Made by a program: the position numbers and the translations under genes. Below are positions 24,045-26,915 of a stretch of 26,915 bases of DNA, piece by piece (the first letter of the stretch is position 1; each line of letters begins with the position of its first letter). This stretch comes from a virus (Duplodnaviria; Caudoviricetes), in IMG/VR virus record IMGVR_UViG_3300044769_000127, positions 1 to 26,915 of that record, one strand, 5' to 3'. The notes below the pieces were generated by a model. That model had not been told where the DNA came from and did not search any database. It saw only the letters and a program-made list of their open reading frames with translations.

Positions 24045-24277
24045 GCGCCCTGTGCCCCACCTGCGGGCAGCCGTACCCCGCGCCGCCCCCGGAGCCGCCT
24101 GTCGGTACCTGGATCGTGGATCGTCACGGTGGCACCTCGGTACGTCATGCAGGCGGCGGGTGGGCGTCCCCCGGGATGATGCCATTCGGTCGGTGGGAAG
24201 CGATGTGGGCTGCCCGTGGACCGCTCATCGTGTGCGGCCCGTACGGGGCCCCGCTGGCCGGCGAGGTGCCGGCATGA
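24041..24277 (+). CDS. Hypothetical protein, 78 aa (CPTC; 'PEPPVGTWIVDRHG')
   Basis: ATGA overlaps at both ends. Confidence 0.7.
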   Translation: MSALCPTCGQPYPAPPPEPPVGTWIVDRHGGTSVRHAGGGWASPGMMPFGRWEAMWAARGPLIVCGPYGAPLAGEVPA

Positions 24278-24516
24278 GACTGGTGGAGGCCCGCATCGAG
24301 CGAGCGCTTGACGGTGGCGGGAGCCTGATCGTCGAGACACCGCACCGCTGGCGTCGCCTGTACGTCGGAGGCACCCTGCGCCGTCGGCCCCTCGCTGACC
24401 GATGGCGCAGCCAGTTCGTGCGGGGCGTCTACGTCCGGCTGTGGCCCTACACGTGGCGCGGGGAGCGGCTGTGGCGTGTGCTCGGGTTCTCATGGCGGCC
24501 CCGGTCGAGCCGATGA
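24274..24516 (+). CDS. Hypothetical Arg/Trp-rich protein, 80 aa (MRLVEARIER...)
   Basis: GAGG RBS; ATGA overlaps. Confidence 0.62.
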   Translation: MRLVEARIERALDGGGSLIVETPHRWRRLYVGGTLRRRPLADRWRSQFVRGVYVRLWPYTWRGERLWRVLGFSWRPRSSR

Positions 24517-24887
24517 TCCGGCGCTGCCAGCCGTGGGGCCTCCACTACTGCCCGCGGGGCGACTGCGGTGTCCCCATCGGGCCGATACCGCAGCTGTACC
24601 CGTCCGGGGCGGCGGTCGTCGCCGGGGTCCGCGTCGTCGAGGTGACCGGCGGCGTCAGGGGGGCGCGCATCAACACCGCCGGGCCGCTCGCCGCGGAGGG
24701 GCAGACGTTGACGGGCCGCATCGGGACCGTCACACGGGCGGGCGGCTGCGGCTGGCCCGGCTGCCGCTACGGGGCCGACTGTGTGACGGTCCGGTTCGAT
24801 GATGGGCGCACCACCGAGAACCGGCCGGCCGCCATGCTCCGGCGGGTGGTCATCGCGGCGGACCTTGGCGGCGAGTGGCGTGGCTGA
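24513..24887 (+). CDS. Hypothetical protein, 124 aa, SH3/KOW-like C-terminus
   Basis: ATGA start; 'GRIGTVT...VTVRFDDG'. Confidence 0.6.
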   Translation: MIRRCQPWGLHYCPRGDCGVPIGPIPQLYPSGAAVVAGVRVVEVTGGVRGARINTAGPLAAEGQTLTGRIGTVTRAGGCGWPGCRYGADCVTVRFDDGRTTENRPAAMLRRVVIAADLGGEWRG

Positions 24888-25182
24888 CGGCCGCCGGTAC
24901 GTCGCATCGCAGGTGACGCCCTACGGGCGGCGCTTCTGGTCCACCCCCGACCCTGCCGCCCCCAGGCTCGTCCTGCGGTTCTGTGTGGAGGGTCACCCGG
25001 CTGTGCGCCGGTTCCCGTCGTACACGGCAGCTGAGGCGGCCATGGCGGACGCCTACCGGCAGGCCGGCTACGACGCGATCCCGGATCGGATCGACATTGG
25101 CCGCGAAATCGCGCAGGTGCACTCGCGCACCTCGCGGGCCGCCGAACACGAGGCACGCGTCAAGCGGTCATCCGCAGGGTGA
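24880..25182 (+). CDS. Hypothetical protein, 100 aa (MADGRRYVAS...)
   Basis: GTG overlapping upstream stop; ends overlapping the convergent lysin gene. Confidence 0.6.
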   Translation: MADGRRYVASQVTPYGRRFWSTPDPAAPRLVLRFCVEGHPAVRRFPSYTAAEAAMADAYRQAGYDAIPDRIDIGREIAQVHSRTSRAAEHEARVKRSSAG

Positions 25183-26134
25183 CGCCTGCGGCCAACTTGT
25201 CGGTGGTGGCCTGCGCCGCCTTCGCCGCGGCCGCCGCTGCGCTCGCTGCGTTGGCCGCTGCGGCCGCCGCGTTGGCCGCTGCGCTCGCCGCCGCCGCGGC
25301 GTTCTCGACGGCCGCCCGCCCGTTCGGGATCGACGCCAGCCAGGCGGCCACGTTCGCGGGTGACCCGTCGATGATCTGCGCGCTCGCGCCAAGCCAGAAC
25401 ATGTCGACATCGAGCGCCAGCCCCGATGTCGGGACCTTCGACATCGCGTTAGCGGCCACCCGCCACACATTGCCGGCACCGTCACGCCACAGGGAGTAGT
25501 CGGGCATCGTGGACTCCTTCGGGTACTGGCCCCAATCGGGGTGGTGGACATCGTTCACGTCGTACATCAGGTCCGGCCATGGCGGCGTGTACAGCTTCTC
25601 TGGTAGCTGCCGGAGGCGGGCGTTGGGGCTGAGGCGGGCGTTGTCGTGGTAGCCGGTCGACGCCGACTGCCACCCCCACGGGGAGAGCCCGGCCCGCACC
25701 ATCGCATCGATGATCCACGCCTGCCCGTAGACGGGTTGCGGGCCGCAGCCGCCGCCGTCGATGTAGCCGTGAACGTGTTCGGTGGCGACGGCAAGGTTCG
25801 CGGGTTGGAGGTTGTCGTCGAGCGCCAACGACACAAGGTCGGTGTCGGCGCGGCCCAGGCGGCGGGCCTGAATGCGTGCCTCCCGCCCGAACGCGTAGCC
25901 ATCCGGGTAGCCGCCCCGCCAGCTGTCACGGTGGTACTCCCACACGAGCCCGATCGGGAACCCGGACGCCACATAGAGGGCGTTCTCGGTGGGGCCCAAC
26001 ACCTTCCAGGCTGCCGCCAGCTGCGGGTCAAGCCACGACAGGTACCGCAACCCGCCGACGATCCTGGCGGCTTGCATCTCGCGGACGATTTGGGCGGTGG
26101 GCCGCCAGCCTGACCAGTCGAGCGCGTGGGGCAC
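25160..26134 (-). CDS. DUF1906 (Rv2525c-like) glycoside hydrolase, putative endolysin, 324 aa
   Basis: 'ALDWS..RP', 'GGLRYLS', 'IGLVWE', 'LALDD', 'VYG', 'WGWQS', 'YDVN' fit the DUF1906 TIM barrel; C-terminal small domain and Ala-rich helix. Confidence 0.82.
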   Translation of the reverse strand: MPHALDWSGWRPTAQIVREMQAARIVGGLRYLSWLDPQLAAAWKVLGPTENALYVASGFPIGLVWEYHRDSWRGGYPDGYAFGREARIQARRLGRADTDLVSLALDDNLQPANLAVATEHVHGYIDGGGCGPQPVYGQAWIIDAMVRAGLSPWGWQSASTGYHDNARLSPNARLRQLPEKLYTPPWPDLMYDVNDVHHPDWGQYPKESTMPDYSLWRDGAGNVWRVAANAMSKVPTSGLALDVDMFWLGASAQIIDGSPANVAAWLASIPNGRAAVENAAAAASAAANAAAAAANAASAAAAAAKAAQATTDKLAAGVTLRMTA

Positions 26135-26137
26135 GTG

Positions 26138-26914
26138 CTACCGGAAGTTCGTCGCGATCGCGTCGATCAGACCCCACGTCGCCGGACCACACACGCCATA
26201 CCATGCTTCCTCGGCGGCGGCCCTGTTCGCGTTGTTCGGATCGAAGAAGTTCCGGACGTTGCGTTGCGCCCATATCGACCCACCCTCACCGACGGCGGTC
26301 GCCGGGTTGTCGGCCTCGGTCCCGGTGTAGACCGCATAAGGGACCCTGATCGGCTGCCGACACTTGAAAACGAGCACATGATTGAAGTAGGTGACCTGTG
26401 GCTGCCATGCGACGGTCGCCGCGGGCGCGTACCCGGACAGCCACGACAGCGTCGGCTTGTTCCTGTCGATCGGGAACAGGCCCCACTGATCGGCGGCCGG
26501 GTTGTAGTAGCCGGGGTTCGGCGGTGGTTGTCCGCCTCCGCCGGGGAGCGGGAGGAACGGGAGCACCCACGGAGCCCGCCGGTAGTTGCGGGATGCCGGT
26601 ATCTCCCACGGCTGGATATGCCACGGCTCACTGTTGACGTTCCTAAACGACCGGAGCCCGAACGCTGCCAGGTGGGCTTCCATCCACGGCCAGGAGACAT
26701 CGGGAACCATATCGGCGGCGACTGCACCACCGGAGACGCCATCGGCGGGGAAGCCCTCATGGTTGGAGTTGCCGGGCGACGCGAAGCCGGGGGGAGGCGG
26801 GTTGGGCTGGATGCGCCAACCGGTGCCGACGCCGAGCGGGACGCCGACGGAGCCGGCGTAGATCATGAGCGCCCGGGTGCGCCGCCAGAACTCGAAGTTC
26901 AACTGACGGATGGT
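26138..26914 (-). CDS. M15-family zinc peptidase endolysin with C-terminal peptidoglycan-binding-like domain (5' end probably outside window)
   Basis: 'GWR...ASPGNSNHEG...AADM' and 'EPWH' zinc-ligand motifs; Pro/Gly linker; 'GVCGPATW'; frame stays open to the window edge. Confidence 0.82.
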   Translation of the reverse strand, partial: TIRQLNFEFWRRTRALMIYAGSVGVPLGVGTGWRIQPNPPPPGFASPGNSNHEGFPADGVSGGAVAADMVPDVSWPWMEAHLAAFGLRSFRNVNSEPWHIQPWEIPASRNYRRAPWVLPFLPLPGGGGQPPPNPGYYNPAADQWGLFPIDRNKPTLSWLSGYAPAATVAWQPQVTYFNHVLVFKCRQPIRVPYAVYTGTEADNPATAVGEGGSIWAQRNVRNFFDPNNANRAAAEEAWYGVCGPATWGLIDAIATNFR

Positions 26915-26915
26915 G

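Larger units (their letters stand above)
1..26915. mobile_element. Segment of a tailed actinobacterial phage/prophage genome (head, lysis and accessory modules)
   Basis: Portal, MuF, XkdF-like protease, scaffold, decoration and major capsid genes in canonical relative order, plus holin and two lysins; dense co-oriented small genes; high GC and leaderless promoters typical of Actinomycetota. No att site, integrase or host genes in the window, so free phage vs prophage is undetermined. Confidence 0.93.

Noticed and set aside
25210-25300. GCC/GCG-rich repeats (also 5060-5120)
   Set aside because: Explained by Ala-rich coding helices in the lysin tail and scaffold.
1-26915. tRNA, rRNA, integrase, tape measure, tail-chaperone frameshift, reverse transcriptase/DGR
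   Set aside because: None recognisable by eye; intergenic gaps are too short for most RNA genes. A tRNAscan/Infernal run would be needed to exclude small RNAs.

Overview
High-GC segment of a tailed (HK97-fold, Caudoviricetes-like) actinobacterial phage or prophage. Nearly all genes are on the minus strand, with one five-gene plus-strand operon at 23784-25182. In transcription order (right to left) it carries: two cell-wall hydrolases (M15-type peptidase, DUF1906 glycoside hydrolase); a divergent promoter pair; a long train of small ATGA/GTGA-coupled hypothetical genes including DUF932, a degenerate HNH-HTH and a membrane-anchored HNH; a TraB-like FtsK/SpoIIIE DNA translocase with small membrane proteins; portal; MuF-like head morphogenesis protein; an XkdF-like prohead protease fused to a 2H phosphoesterase; scaffold; capsid decoration protein; major capsid; holin; and fibre-like structural genes. 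The head module is broken up by inserted cassettes (DUF3560, an LPETG sortase substrate, a lipoprotein, small Cys-rich proteins), several headed by copies of one conserved leaderless promoter (TTGnnn-N17/18-TAG[A/T]GT-N7-start, with a CAGCGGTGC box). No terminase, integrase, tape measure, tRNA or CRISPR array is visible. Best leads: (1) a Streptomyces-plasmid-style conjugative translocase with internal 8-bp repeats in a virion-encoding genome, (2) a 2H phosphoesterase (Acb1-like fold) fused to the capsid maturation protease, (3) a repeated promoter-cassette system interleaved with head genes. All family calls are from motif recognition by eye, not database searches.
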